Origin: Candidatus Omnitrophota bacterium
GTDB taxonomy: Bacteria > Omnitrophota > Gorgyraeia > Duberdicusellales > 4484-171
Assembly (NCBI GenBank): GCA_003154195.1
Contig: PMCS01000005.1
Location: 9,449-73,448 of the forward strand
Length of the DNA: 64,000 nucleotides
Reading direction: 5' to 3'
Below are positions 1 to 9,193 of the stretch, one piece after another (within the stretch, counting starts at the first letter, position 1; each line of letters starts with the position of its first letter). The position numbers were made by a program, and so were the translations under genes. The notes under the pieces are model-generated. The model ran no database searches and had not been told where the DNA came from. It saw only the letters and a program-made list of their open reading frames with translations.

Positions 1-3000
1 TGGCGCTAAACCAACGGGGGAACCGGCGGATTCAGGTTCAGCGGCGGTCACGGCCAGGGTGGAAAAAACATTACGGAAGGAAAGTTCTTGTGGCGACGCC
101 TTGGGGTCAGCAGAGGAATTCCATTCAACTTTTAAATCCTTGCCGTCTTTCGGCCGGGATAAAAAAACATCTACTATTATTGACTTAGCCTCGCCAACCC
201 CCGTTCTCAAGCGTAAGGCTATTTTTATTCTTTCTTTATCCTTTTTCGGCCGGCGAAATGAATTGAGCAGTTTTAACGGGTTGGTAAGGGCGCCGGAAGG
301 AACCCCAAAGATTTCGCTTAAACCCCGCTCAACGCCATCCACAACCCACTCGTCAACCGCCATGAGCGGCTGGCGCTCCTTGTCCCGGTAAAATACCCTT
401 ATCGATGATCCTTCGTCAATAAGTTCAATTTGATAATCTAGCGAAGTTCTCGCGTTAACCGCCGCGACAAAACTATCCCGCGCGGCTTGAATTTGATCCA
501 GGCTAAAATCCCGCCCCTGCAGGTCATTGATTTTTCTCCTGAAAAGTTCAAGAGTATAAGCTAGAGACGTCTTGGAGGAAAAACTTCTAAGAAGGCCGTA
601 GGTTTCCGGCCTTCCTCTTTGCCCTACTCTTTCTTTACTCAAAAAGCTTTGCAACGCTTCTTCCATCATCCCAACGCTGACCTCGGCCGGCGCCTTAACA
701 ACCGCCGGACTGGCAACAACACTTCTCCGATGAGTAACATCCGGCTCGCCTTCGGCCAGATAGAATCGCTTTGATCGACCAGGGCCTTCCGAGCCCAAAA
801 GTTCTGCCGTTATTGATAGCATGTATTTCGCTAGTCCAGTTTTTCTATTCATATACGTATCGGTGTCGAGAAAAATATTTACCCGATGACTGTCGCCGTT
901 TAAACGAAAACGCACATCCCATGAATGACGGCCAGGCCTTTCTATTTGCCCAAAAAAATTTCTGCCCACTGCAACTTCCATCCTATCGCCCAAATAAAAC
1001 GACTCGCCTTTAGCCGGGAAACGCGCTTCAGCTACCACGGCGCCGGTCTCTTTGTCATAGATTAACAACGCTTTTTCTCCTGATAGCAATTCCCGTGACG
1101 GCACAAAGGTAACCACCCCGCCGGATTGGCCTTGGCTTTGTTCCTGGATATCCGGAAGCCCGGGTATTCTTACCGGGCTGGCGCTTACCCCTAGGCCCTT
1201 TGCCCTCTGGCCTGAGTCTACTTCTCTTTTACTGCCATCGGTTGTTGCCGGGGTTGAGCCGGCCACGACATTCGGGCTGGAAGAAGAACTTTTGTTAACC
1301 TGGATACGTTGGTTGCCGGCATCATAAGTCAACCGCGCGGCGCGTGTTTCCAATCCGTTATACGCGTCAACCAGGGCCGCCGCTTCCTGGCCGGTCATTT
1401 GCTCAACTGGTTTATCAAGTAAAGCCGCGCCTTCAGCGCTGAGCCTTTCCCACGCCTCGGCCAAAGACAAAACGTTTTGGCCCGACGGTAAATCCCTGAT
1501 GACATTATCCAGCTCCTGCGCCGCGATAGGGATAACATCATAAGGCGGGATGGCGATGCGCGCCTTTTCTGCTTCGCCTTCACGAACAACAATAATGTCA
1601 TGGTCGCGCGCCACGATTAAAGTCCGCGTGATTGCCGCATCACCGCGGTCTTGTTCGGAATAAGTATAGGACGCTTGCGACATGCCGGCTAAGCCGTTAA
1701 GCATATCGAACAGTTTGCTTCCGTCGGTAGCAACCCCGGTTATTTTTATGGATTGCTTTTTCAACCGCTCAAGCAATTGGCCCTGGATAATTTGCAGCCG
1801 CGAGGCTTTAATATCCCGGAAAAGACGGCCGGTAATCTGGCGGCGCGCCTCAGGGCTAAAGCGCGGGCCGGCGCCGTCGTATTTTCGGCTTGTCCCCAGC
1901 CGGGCAATGACCTTTTGCGAAGTTTTAACCATATCGCTTTCCGGCATCGGCTTAGGCGACATTACCGTTTCTCGCTTAAGCATATTGAGATGGCCGATAA
2001 TCGCCGAACGCACGATTGTATCGATATCGCTGTTATCCAGCTCCCAGGCATGCGCGGTTTTCGAACGAAGAGTATAATCTTTAATCTTCCCCGGGCTAGC
2101 ATATAATTTAGCAGCATCGCCGGCGCGCGGGCCGACATCTTCCTCCCTATATTCTATCCCCGGCACTACTTCTTTTAGAACTCCGGCGATTTTTTTCGCC
2201 AACGGCGCTACTTCCAGCCCTTCTCCCGTAGCCAGGTTATAATGCTGGTTCATCGTGGACGTCTCGCCGGGCAAATTATCTTCGATTTCCAGGCCGGCAA
2301 TATGCGCCGTCGCCAAATCCAAAACCGAAATATAATCGCGGGAAGGAGTACCGCTATCGGTAGGATATCCTTTACCGTAAAGTTGGACCGGCTTGCCTTC
2401 CAAAAGCAAACGAATGAATCGGGGGATAGCGTGAGTTTCCGGGCTGTGCCATTCGCCCATAGACTCAAACGGCATCCCTGCCGCAGCATTAAAATAATGG
2501 ACGCAAAACGCGTCGAGATTAGAATCCTTCATCACTTCGCCCATCCAGTGCTTGGTAAAACCATAAACACTCAAGGGGTTTTTTATCGATGCTTCGGTGA
2601 GCGGCATGGGTTGGTCGCCGTCATAGACTGCCGCAGTCAGCGAAGGAATGATCCGCATCCGCTTACCGTTTATTTTTTTGTATTTTTCCGCGGCTTCGAC
2701 AAGGTTCAACGGATTGATCAGGTTATTTTCGAAATATTGCCACGGCGCCAAGGCGTCAGGGCCGATTTCGATATAAGCCGCAAAGTGGATAATATCGTCG
2801 ATTTCCGGATGCTCCCGAAACATCGTATCGATTGCCGGACGGTCGGCAAGGTCAAGTGGGACAAAGGTGAATTTACGCCCCACTTTTACCGCGAATTCCC
2901 TTAAGAAATCAACCATCTCCTCGCGGCCTTTAACGAAATTATCCACGGCCACGATATCATATCCTTGCAAAAGCGCTTCGTAAATCGTATGGCCGCCGAT

Positions 3001-4950
3001 ATAGCCGGCGCCGCCGGTAACCAGAATCGTTTTGCCTTTACCGGGTTTATCCCTATCTTCGATCGCTTTCCTGACCCGCGCTTCGTGAGCTGATCTTTTC
3101 GCCTCAAGCGGCCGGGAAAGTTCAGCGATTGCCCAGTCAATCACCTCATTATCGTTCGGCGGAAGGGTCAGGCTCAATACCTTCAGCATGTTGGCGCGTA
3201 ACGAAGCGACGACATGTTCTTTATACTGTCGGTCTTGCGCGCTCAAACCGCTTTCCACCGGGCTGGAAGTGATTGGCGCCTCTACTGTGATATAAAATGG
3301 TTTATCGCTTCCTTCTTTTCTATGGAAAGGGCGCACTCTAACCGATATTGTTCTTTCAAAAAAGTCATAGCCAATGTCTATCGCTCCTCCCCAGCCATCT
3401 TCTGTATAACCTGCTGCCAGCAGGTTAACAGCCGGTTTGTTTATCGGCGGAGGTAATGCCGCGCCCCTGATAAAACCCGGTCCCGCTATTAGATTACGCT
3501 TTCCTAAATGACTCTGCATTGTTGCTAAAGACCTGCTGGTGCCGCGGCGATAAATTTTCAATACGCTTTCTTTTCTTATCAGGCGTTCATTCAACCGCTG
3601 CGATATATTAAATCTAACCCATTTGCCATTTTTTTGATCCTCTTCTGTAACTGTACCAATCGTACCAAAGGGTGCCGGGCTCCCCGTCACCGCAAACGCG
3701 TTATCATTCGCCGCATCTCCCGATAAAATGTCCGTTGTTATTACGTTCAGCCCTTTAGATGAATCGTGGATTTGTTCGGCTCTGGACAACACCTGTGTTT
3801 GCACCACCCCCGATGAAACAAGCGGCATCACTCCCCCCGAGAAGTATCTCCTCCTCACCTGCTTATGCGTCGCTGGGTCGGATTCTTTCTTTATATAGTC
3901 ATAGATACCCTTCTTAAAGGCTTGCGTATATAGGTTATAGATCTTCTCTTTAGCTTGTGGGTCATTAGTATCAATACCTTTTATCTTCTTCTGGTTGATA
4001 TAGTGTTTATAGAAAGATTCTTTAAACTTCTCTTTAAACCATTTAGCCAGGATGAGAGAGTAGTATATCTGTCTTAAAGTAGCAAAGTTCTTACCGGAAT
4101 TGATATCGTCGGTTATTTTAGGTACTACGACTTCACGCATTACGTCCGAAGCCACCTTGTTGATTTGTCCTGCTTTTTCATCCTTCGTCCCTCGTCCCTC
4201 GTCCTTCATTGCCCCTTCGTCCCTCGCCCCTCGTCTTTCATCCTTCGTTCCTTTCTGCAATGCGAGAAAGTCTTGTTCGAGCATTGCCTTAAGAGTAGCC
4301 TGGTTGACTACCGCCGTATTCTTATATTCATAGACTTCGGCTTTATCGGGAGCGATCCATATCTTATTGAAGGTATCTATCGGTAAATTACCGGTTCCCG
4401 GTAATTTACCGATTTGAGAATAAACCGATTGCCAGTATCGATTGCCGATAGAATTTTCTGGGTGGGTAAGGCTTGAGACTAATTGCTTAAGGACATAGTC
4501 CTGGGCTAACATATCACGTCCTACGTCGGTTGAAGCCGCGGAATCATTGATTATGCGGTCTTTTTCATATACGGATAAGTTTACCCATAAGTCGTCTTCA
4601 GGGATAGTCAGGCCGGCTAAAAAATACCGGATTAATTTTTCTGATTCTTTTTTCAACGCCTCTTGGTAACGGACAGGGCTTAGCCCTGTCCCTACATATT
4701 GCGCGTCCCAATTGCCGCTATCGATGATGAATTCTATCTGCAGCGGGTTAGCCGGGTTAAGTTTTAATCCTTTTAATATCGGGAAGGAATAGGTTGCTGA
4801 TAGTCCCAGTAACTGGGTAGGTTCCGGCAGGGTCAGGGCGGCGTGGGCGTAGTTGACGCCCAGGCTGGTACCCAGAAAAGAGAATAATACCAGCACAAGA
4901 GTGATTTTCGAGAATAACTTTCGTCTGGGTTGGGAGAAAAAGAAAATCAT
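1..4950 (-). CDS. Very large secreted modular protein (partial, >1650 aa, runs off left edge): conserved N-terminal domain plus variable cargo including a GalE-like NAD-dependent epimerase domain
   Basis: Manual translation from ATG at 4950: MIFFFSQPRRKLFSKITLVLVLFSFLGTSLGVNYAHAALTLPEPTQLL..., closely similar to 35784..39425 up to RRRYFSGG. The ORF track lists no terminated ORF in this frame, implying no stop before the window edge. TILVTGGAGYIG occurs in the same frame at ~3030. Confidence 0.85.
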   Translation of the reverse strand, partial: MIFFFSQPRRKLFSKITLVLVLFSFLGTSLGVNYAHAALTLPEPTQLLGLSATYSFPILKGLKLNPANPLQIEFIIDSGNWDAQYVGTGLSPVRYQEALKKESEKLIRYFLAGLTIPEDDLWVNLSVYEKDRIINDSAASTDVGRDMLAQDYVLKQLVSSLTHPENSIGNRYWQSVYSQIGKLPGTGNLPIDTFNKIWIAPDKAEVYEYKNTAVVNQATLKAMLEQDFLALQKGTKDERRGARDEGAMKDEGRGTKDEKAGQINKVASDVMREVVVPKITDDINSGKNFATLRQIYYSLILAKWFKEKFKESFYKHYINQKKIKGIDTNDPQAKEKIYNLYTQAFKKGIYDYIKKESDPATHKQVRRRYFSGGVMPLVSSGVVQTQVLSRAEQIHDSSKGLNVITTDILSGDAANDNAFAVTGSPAPFGTIGTVTEEDQKNGKWVRFNISQRLNERLIRKESVLKIYRRGTSRSLATMQSHLGKRNLIAGPGFIRGAALPPPINKPAVNLLAAGYTEDGWGGAIDIGYDFFERTISVRVRPFHRKEGSDKPFYITVEAPITSSPVESGLSAQDRQYKEHVVASLRANMLKVLSLTLPPNDNEVIDWAIAELSRPLEAKRSAHEARVRKAIEDRDKPGKGKTILVTGGAGYIGGHTIYEALLQGYDIVAVDNFVKGREEMVDFLREFAVKVGRKFTFVPLDLADRPAIDTMFREHPEIDDIIHFAAYIEIGPDALAPWQYFENNLINPLNLVEAAEKYKKINGKRMRIIPSLTAAVYDGDQPMPLTEASIKNPLSVYGFTKHWMGEVMKDSNLDAFCVHYFNAAAGMPFESMGEWHSPETHAIPRFIRLLLEGKPVQLYGKGYPTDSGTPSRDYISVLDLATAHIAGLEIEDNLPGETSTMNQHYNLATGEGLEVAPLAKKIAGVLKEVVPGIEYREEDVGPRAGDAAKLYASPGKIKDYTLRSKTAHAWELDNSDIDTIVRSAIIGHLNMLKRETVMSPKPMPESDMVKTSQKVIARLGTSRKYDGAGPRFSPEARRQITGRLFRDIKASRLQIIQGQLLERLKKQSIKITGVATDGSKLFDMLNGLAGMSQASYTYSEQDRGDAAITRTLIVARDHDIIVVREGEAEKARIAIPPYDVIPIAAQELDNVIRDLPSGQNVLSLAEAWERLSAEGAALLDKPVEQMTGQEAAALVDAYNGLETRAARLTYDAGNQRIQVNKSSSSSPNVVAGSTPATTDGSKREVDSGQRAKGLGVSASPVRIPGLPDIQEQSQGQSGGVVTFVPSRELLSGEKALLIYDKETGAVVAEARFPAKGESFYLGDRMEVAVGRNFFGQIERPGRHSWDVRFRLNGDSHRVNIFLDTDTYMNRKTGLAKYMLSITAELLGSEGPGRSKRFYLAEGEPDVTHRRSVVASPAVVKAPAEVSVGMMEEALQSFLSKERVGQRGRPETYGLLRSFSSKTSLAYTLELFRRKINDLQGRDFSLDQIQAARDSFVAAVNARTSLDYQIELIDEGSSIRVFYRDKERQPLMAVDEWVVDGVERGLSEIFGVPSGALTNPLKLLNSFRRPKKDKERIKIALRLRTGVGEAKSIIVDVFLSRPKDGKDLKVEWNSSADPKASPQELSFRNVFSTLAVTAAEPESAGSPVGLAP
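4177..4251. repeat. Degenerate 7-mer tandem repeat (YTCRTCC)n inside the large CDS
   Basis: ttcatcc ttcgtcc ctcgtcc ctcgtcc ttcattg ... ttcgtcc ctcgccc ctcgtct ttcatcc ttcgttc. Confidence 0.85.
4666..4695 (-). repeat. GTAG-type REP-like palindrome inside the CDS
   Basis: Minus strand GTAG-GGACAGGGCT-A-AGCCCTGTCC-GTTAC; absent from the paralog. Confidence 0.7.
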
Positions 4951-5103
4951 TGGTTTATTTTTTATTATTTTTTTTACTCTTTCAAATACTTAATATTAAT
5001 CAACAAAATATGAGTATTAATATATAACATATTTTTTAGGGAAAAACAAGGAAACGGGATATTTCTTTTTTTTGCTGCGCAAAAAAATAAATATCGTCCA
5101 TAT

Positions 5104-5211
5104 TTAACCCAAAAAATGCCTGCACCCCTTGGTAGGGATGACTACTTCATAACCCAAAGAAAACCAATGAGTTAGGTATAAAACATTACGCAACGAAATT
5201 TTTTGGGTTAA
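5104..5211. mobile_element. MITE-like element with TTAACCCAAAAAAT...ATTTTTTGGGTTAA termini
   Basis: 14-bp terminal inverted repeat; termini resemble 16901..17042 and 20323..20397. Confidence 0.5.
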
Positions 5212-5248
5212 CTGGAGGATTAAGGGTGTCGGGAAGGGCTAAATTAAA

Positions 5249-5300
5249 GAAAAAATGCCGTCACCTATTCTCTTTTTTAGAATAAGATAACGGCATTTTT
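5249..5300 (-). terminator. Probable intrinsic terminator after the CsgG-like gene
   Basis: aaaaaatgccgtcacctattct...agaataagataacggcattttt hairpin with flanking A/T runs. Confidence 0.55.
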
Positions 5301-5334
5301 CTAGAATTGGTAAAATACGTCAGTATTTTCCCAA

Positions 5335-6072
5335 TTAGTACTTATAGTAATCCGCCGGAGTGGCCTGTGAAATATATTTCACGGCTTCAATAATGCAAAC
5401 CCGGATGGCTTTTTCCATCGGCGTGTTGGCATACATGGAAAGGCCGCCGCCTAATCCCCAACTGCCGGCGAAACCGGCCATAAACCCGGCACTGAAATCT
5501 TTAGCCTGGCCCTGAACGCGGGTCGCGGCCAAAACTTCGGAAGTCGAAGCGTCAACGATACGGATATCTAATGCCATATGCGATTTATTCATCGCACCGC
5601 TCAATAACCCACCCACTAATGCGCCGGCAATACCGCCGCCGCCGCCGATTCCCGCTCCACCGCCGCTGGCATTAGGCTCAAATTCGGTAACCGCCGCGGT
5701 AATGATTAAATCCGCGGTTTTAATCTTACCGCGCTGGGCTCCGGCGGTGCCTTGCGCTGCCGCGCCGGACGCGCCTAATTCCTGCTCCTGCATAATCGCG
5801 CTTAACACCTGGCGCTCCACCACCCGGTAACGGCTGGAATTCATCAACGCCGTTATCAACATCTCGCGCAGGCCCGTGCCGATCGCTCCTCCGGCCTTGG
5901 CGGCTTTAACTTCAAAATCCGCCACGGCGATACGCGCTTTTGGCCCGTTATACGGCGGCATCGCCTGCGTGCCGGCGTTATTATCGACCTGGGCCGTCGG
6001 CTCAAGCGTAGCGCAACCGGCTAAACCACTGATTATTAAAACGCTCATCGTCAATGCTAAAAATTTCTTCAT
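5335..6072 (-). CDS. CsgG/HfaB family lipoprotein
   Basis: Lipobox LAGC; IAVADF, RYRVVER and ITAAVTEFE motifs; RBS AGGAGGGG before ATG 6072. Confidence 0.85.
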   Translation of the reverse strand: MKKFLALTMSVLIISGLAGCATLEPTAQVDNNAGTQAMPPYNGPKARIAVADFEVKAAKAGGAIGTGLREMLITALMNSSRYRVVERQVLSAIMQEQELGASGAAAQGTAGAQRGKIKTADLIITAAVTEFEPNASGGGAGIGGGGGIAGALVGGLLSGAMNKSHMALDIRIVDASTSEVLAATRVQGQAKDFSAGFMAGFAGSWGLGGGLSMYANTPMEKAIRVCIIEAVKYISQATPADYYKY

Positions 6073-6091
6073 CGTTACCCCTCCTTGAATA

Positions 6092-6269
6092 CTGGGCAAA
6101 GGCTATGGCAAAGATGCCTGTATGGGTTAGGGCTTAGGTCATGGCTGTAAATTCGTATCAGCCTTAACCATTACCTTAACCCAAACCGGCTTTCCGCCTT
6201 CGCTAAAGCTTCGGCGAGACTTCTCCGAAGCTCGAAGAGCGAAGGAGAGCCTAGCCCTAACCTTAACCG
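6092..6269. repeat. Hexamer-repeat fold-back element, copy A, with a nested palindrome insertion at ~6193-6249
   Basis: (GGYWAR)n-GATGCCTGTATGGG...GCTGTAAATTCGTATCAGC...CCCAAACCGGCTT-(CCTAAC)n. Confidence 0.85.
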
Positions 6270-6275
6270 ATTTTA

Positions 6276-6866
6276 TTATTTCTGTTTATTCAACGCGTCG
6301 ATTATTTTCAATGCCAAGCTTTCCGCGGCGCGCGATAATGCTTCCCGGCCGCCGCTGATAAGGTCCGGATGGGCGGAATTTCCCGCGGCATCAAGGTAAG
6401 CGATAACCTTGCCGTCCTTAGCGCGAATAAGTTTGGCGGTAATATTTCCATAGCACGATTTCATATTCGACTGCGGAACATTGCCGCCGCTGGAAGCGAT
6501 TGCCTTGCCTAATATAACATAATCGGCGCCGGAGGAATTGCCTAATTGCGCCGATTCGCCCTGAGAAATATCCACCACGCGAAACGCCGGCTTCTGCTTG
6601 ATGACTTTCTCCGCGACAGAAGTATCGATAACATCATACCCCTCTTCAATCAGTTTTGTGGCGATTGCCGCCTCGGTCGTCGAAAGGTCAATCTCACTGG
6701 CCCACCACGCTTTCTGCGGGCCTTCGATATTCTGTTCGGCGATAAGTAAAATTACCTTAGGCTTTGCCGCAACAGGTTCCGCGCTGGTAACATTCTGGGA
6801 AAACACCGCGCCGCCGGTTAACGCAAACAAAAACAACAGTGTCCAAAAGAAAATATTTTTTTTCAT
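6276..6866 (-). CDS. Secreted alpha/beta protein (CsgG/FlgT/TolB-N-like fold)
   Basis: Signal peptide; GADYVILG and ITAKLIRAKDGKVIA pattern; adjacent to the CsgG-like gene. Confidence 0.65.
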   Translation of the reverse strand: MKKNIFFWTLLFLFALTGGAVFSQNVTSAEPVAAKPKVILLIAEQNIEGPQKAWWASEIDLSTTEAAIATKLIEEGYDVIDTSVAEKVIKQKPAFRVVDISQGESAQLGNSSGADYVILGKAIASSGGNVPQSNMKSCYGNITAKLIRAKDGKVIAYLDAAGNSAHPDLISGGREALSRAAESLALKIIDALNKQK

Positions 6867-6878
6867 GGCTGCTCCTTT

Positions 6879-6973
6879 TGTAAAAAAATTCCTTACAGCG
6901 GCTATCCCCGCAGCAAGACTGCGGGGCGTTACGCCGCTCGTATGCCGCTTCGCGGCACCGGAATTTTTTTACA
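6879..6973. mobile_element. MITE-like element with perfect 14-bp TIR TGTAAAAAAATTCC enclosing GC-rich hairpins
   Basis: tgtaaaaaaattcc ... ggaatttttttaca. Confidence 0.55.
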
Positions 6974-7148
6974 TTCCATTCTCGTTCATCCCCAGGCCAG
7001 GTCAAAAACGGTTAGTTGTTTACAATGACCGTTGTCGCTTCACGCCGACCGCCAACTCATCCCTGCGACAAGACCTAAAGACGAGACATTGGCGGAAAAA
7101 CTTAAACCCCCTTCGCCGATATTTCAGGGTAATACACTAACGTCAACT

Positions 7149-7526
7149 TCAGCCGGCGACCATGATCAACTCTTTTATCTTATCCAGCAAAAGCTGAGGC
7201 TCAAACGGCTTAATAATATACGCGTCAGCCCCGACTTTTTGGCTGAATTTTATATCATCTTCCTGTGAACGCCCGGAAAAAATAATCACCGGAATGTTCT
7301 TAAAGCGCCGGTCTTTTTTAAGCAAGCCGCAAACCCAAAACCCGTCCATTTTGGGCAACATCAAATCCAAAAGAATTAAATCGGGCTTATCCTCCTTGGC
7401 TTTCCTGAGCGCGTCTTCCCCATCGTAAGCCGTCACAACCTCATACTGCTCCGCTTCCAAACGAAGCCGCACGATCCGAACCAACGACTCTTCATCGTCG
7501 ACCACTAATATTTTTTTCCTGTCCAT
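7149..7526 (-). CDS. Single-domain response regulator (CheY-like receiver)
   Basis: ILVVDDE, DLMLPKMDG, KPF. Confidence 0.92.
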   Translation of the reverse strand: MDRKKILVVDDEESLVRIVRLRLEAEQYEVVTAYDGEDALRKAKEDKPDLILLDLMLPKMDGFWVCGLLKKDRRFKNIPVIIFSGRSQEDDIKFSQKVGADAYIIKPFEPQLLLDKIKELIMVAG

Positions 7527-7529
7527 TCT

Positions 7530-7690
7530 GCGCCTTCGGCTCGCCTCTCGGCCCGTCTCGCTCGCCTCACGGCGAAGCCGTGGGCCGAAGGCTTGCCGAG
7601 GCGGACGCTCGCCTCTCGGCGAAGTGAGGGAAGCCGAGGGCTTGAAAATGAGTAAGTCTCAAACCCCTTCGCTAACGCTTCAGGGGTAAT
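7530..7690. repeat. Cluster of nested GC-rich palindromes
   Basis: Repeated gctcgcctctcggc; cgtctcgctcgcctc...gcttgccgaggc also at ~16940-16993; aaaccccttcg...ggggta at 7661-7688. Confidence 0.7.
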
Positions 7691-7741
7691 TCGCGCTATT
7701 ATTTTTTCGTCATGAGTACACTAGAAAAAATAATGCGCTCA

Positions 7742-9172
7742 TTAAAAAAAACGGGCACCTTTTCGGTCACTTTCGTCTTCTTTAAGTACCTGCAAAAACG
7801 CGTCGACGACTTTTGGGTCAAACTGCTGGCCACTGCCTTTAACCAATTCCGCCATCGCCGCCTCCCGGCTCATTGCCGGCCGATAGGCGCGCGCGCTGGT
7901 CATCGCGTCATAAGCGTCGGCCACGGAAACAACCGCAGCAAAAATATGAATACCGGTACCACTTAACTTATCGGGGTAACCGGAGCCGTCGAAACGCTCG
8001 TGATGGCCCCGGATAATCGCCAGCACCTCTTCGGTAAGCTGAATCGGTTTTAAAATTTCTTCGCCGATAACCGGGTGCTCCCTGATTTTTTTCCACTCCT
8101 CATCGGTAAGCCGCCCGGTCTTATTCAGGATATTTTCGGCCACGGCGAGTTTACCGATATCATGCAAATACGCCGCGTCGCGCAATAACTCGATTTTTTC
8201 CAGAGGAAAACCCATGCGCGCGGCGATTTGAACGGCGTATTCGGCAACACGCTCCGAATGTCCGCAGGTATAAGAATCTTTGGCTTCTAAAATACGAATC
8301 AGCGATTTAATGGCATTATAGAAATAATTGTTGAGCTTGACGCGGGAACTATGAAGGCTCTCTGCCATGCGATTGAAAGAATCCGCCAGGAGGCTTAATT
8401 CGTCATCGCCGGAGATTTTAACCCGGTACTGTAAATTATCTTTAGCGATATTCTCGGTGCCTTTAACTAATTCTTCGATGGGCTTGGTGATACTGCGCGA
8501 TACCAATGTCCCCAGAAACAACGAGAAGATAACCCCGAAAAGTAACACCAGCGTAGCGCGCCCCTGAATTTCTTCCTGGGCCAAATAAACATCGCCGGCC
8601 ATAAGGTCGACTCCCAGAATAGCCGCGGCAGTTCCTTTTTTGTCGCGGATAGGAGCGTATCCGGAAACAAGCTTGCCCCACCGGTCTTCGCCTATTTTCT
8701 TATCCGCCGTCGGCCCGTTAAAAGCACGCATCATCTCGGGAAAATTCGACGGGTTATATTCATCTCCGGGGTATGAGGCCAAACCGTTATTGCCGGGTTC
8801 GCGGGATACCGGTTCAGAATCCACAATATAACATAACCGGCCGGGCCTGACGGCCCTGCTCATAATGTAGATACGGCGTATCGGCGGATTGGCGTTTTTG
8901 ATCGCGTTTATCTGTCCGGATATTTTTTTATATTCCGAAGAATTTACCGCCTCTTTATTCAGCTTGATCTGCGCCAGCATTTCGGCATCAATCGTCAAGG
9001 CCGCCGTTTGCGCGATAATCCGCAGATTATCCCGAAATTGCGCGAACTGAGAATTAAGCGAGTAGCGGTAAATGAGATAATCGCTTAAGGCCCCGGCGCA
9101 GAGCATCGCCACGATAAACACAAAGGCGATTTTCATGCGGAAAGTACTCAAGAATAATCCGGCTTTTTTCAT
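7742..9172 (-). CDS. Membrane HD-GYP phosphodiesterase with periplasmic sensor and HAMP domain
   Basis: Two TM helices, HAMP, GHSERVA, LHDIGK, HHERFDGSGYP. Confidence 0.92.
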   Translation of the reverse strand: MKKAGLFLSTFRMKIAFVFIVAMLCAGALSDYLIYRYSLNSQFAQFRDNLRIIAQTAALTIDAEMLAQIKLNKEAVNSSEYKKISGQINAIKNANPPIRRIYIMSRAVRPGRLCYIVDSEPVSREPGNNGLASYPGDEYNPSNFPEMMRAFNGPTADKKIGEDRWGKLVSGYAPIRDKKGTAAAILGVDLMAGDVYLAQEEIQGRATLVLLFGVIFSLFLGTLVSRSITKPIEELVKGTENIAKDNLQYRVKISGDDELSLLADSFNRMAESLHSSRVKLNNYFYNAIKSLIRILEAKDSYTCGHSERVAEYAVQIAARMGFPLEKIELLRDAAYLHDIGKLAVAENILNKTGRLTDEEWKKIREHPVIGEEILKPIQLTEEVLAIIRGHHERFDGSGYPDKLSGTGIHIFAAVVSVADAYDAMTSARAYRPAMSREAAMAELVKGSGQQFDPKVVDAFLQVLKEDESDRKGARFF

Positions 9173-9193
9173 GATTTTGCGGTTTACAAGGCG

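Noticed and set aside
3840-4160. Near-duplicate of 38345-38670 as a DGR template/variable repeat
   Set aside because: The differences are mostly synonymous third-position changes of all base types, consistent with ordinary paralogy.
59-4386. Numerous short plus- and minus-strand ORFs, including the 220-aa ORF at 2242..2904
   Set aside because: They are shadows of the uninterrupted minus-strand giant CDS; 2242..2904 is antisense to the GalE-like domain.
6974-7148. Possible riboswitch, tmRNA or 6S RNA upstream of the CsgG-like pair
   Set aside because: A hairpin is present (ccgccaa...ttggcgg), but I could not recognise c-di-GMP, tmRNA, SRP or RNase P signatures.
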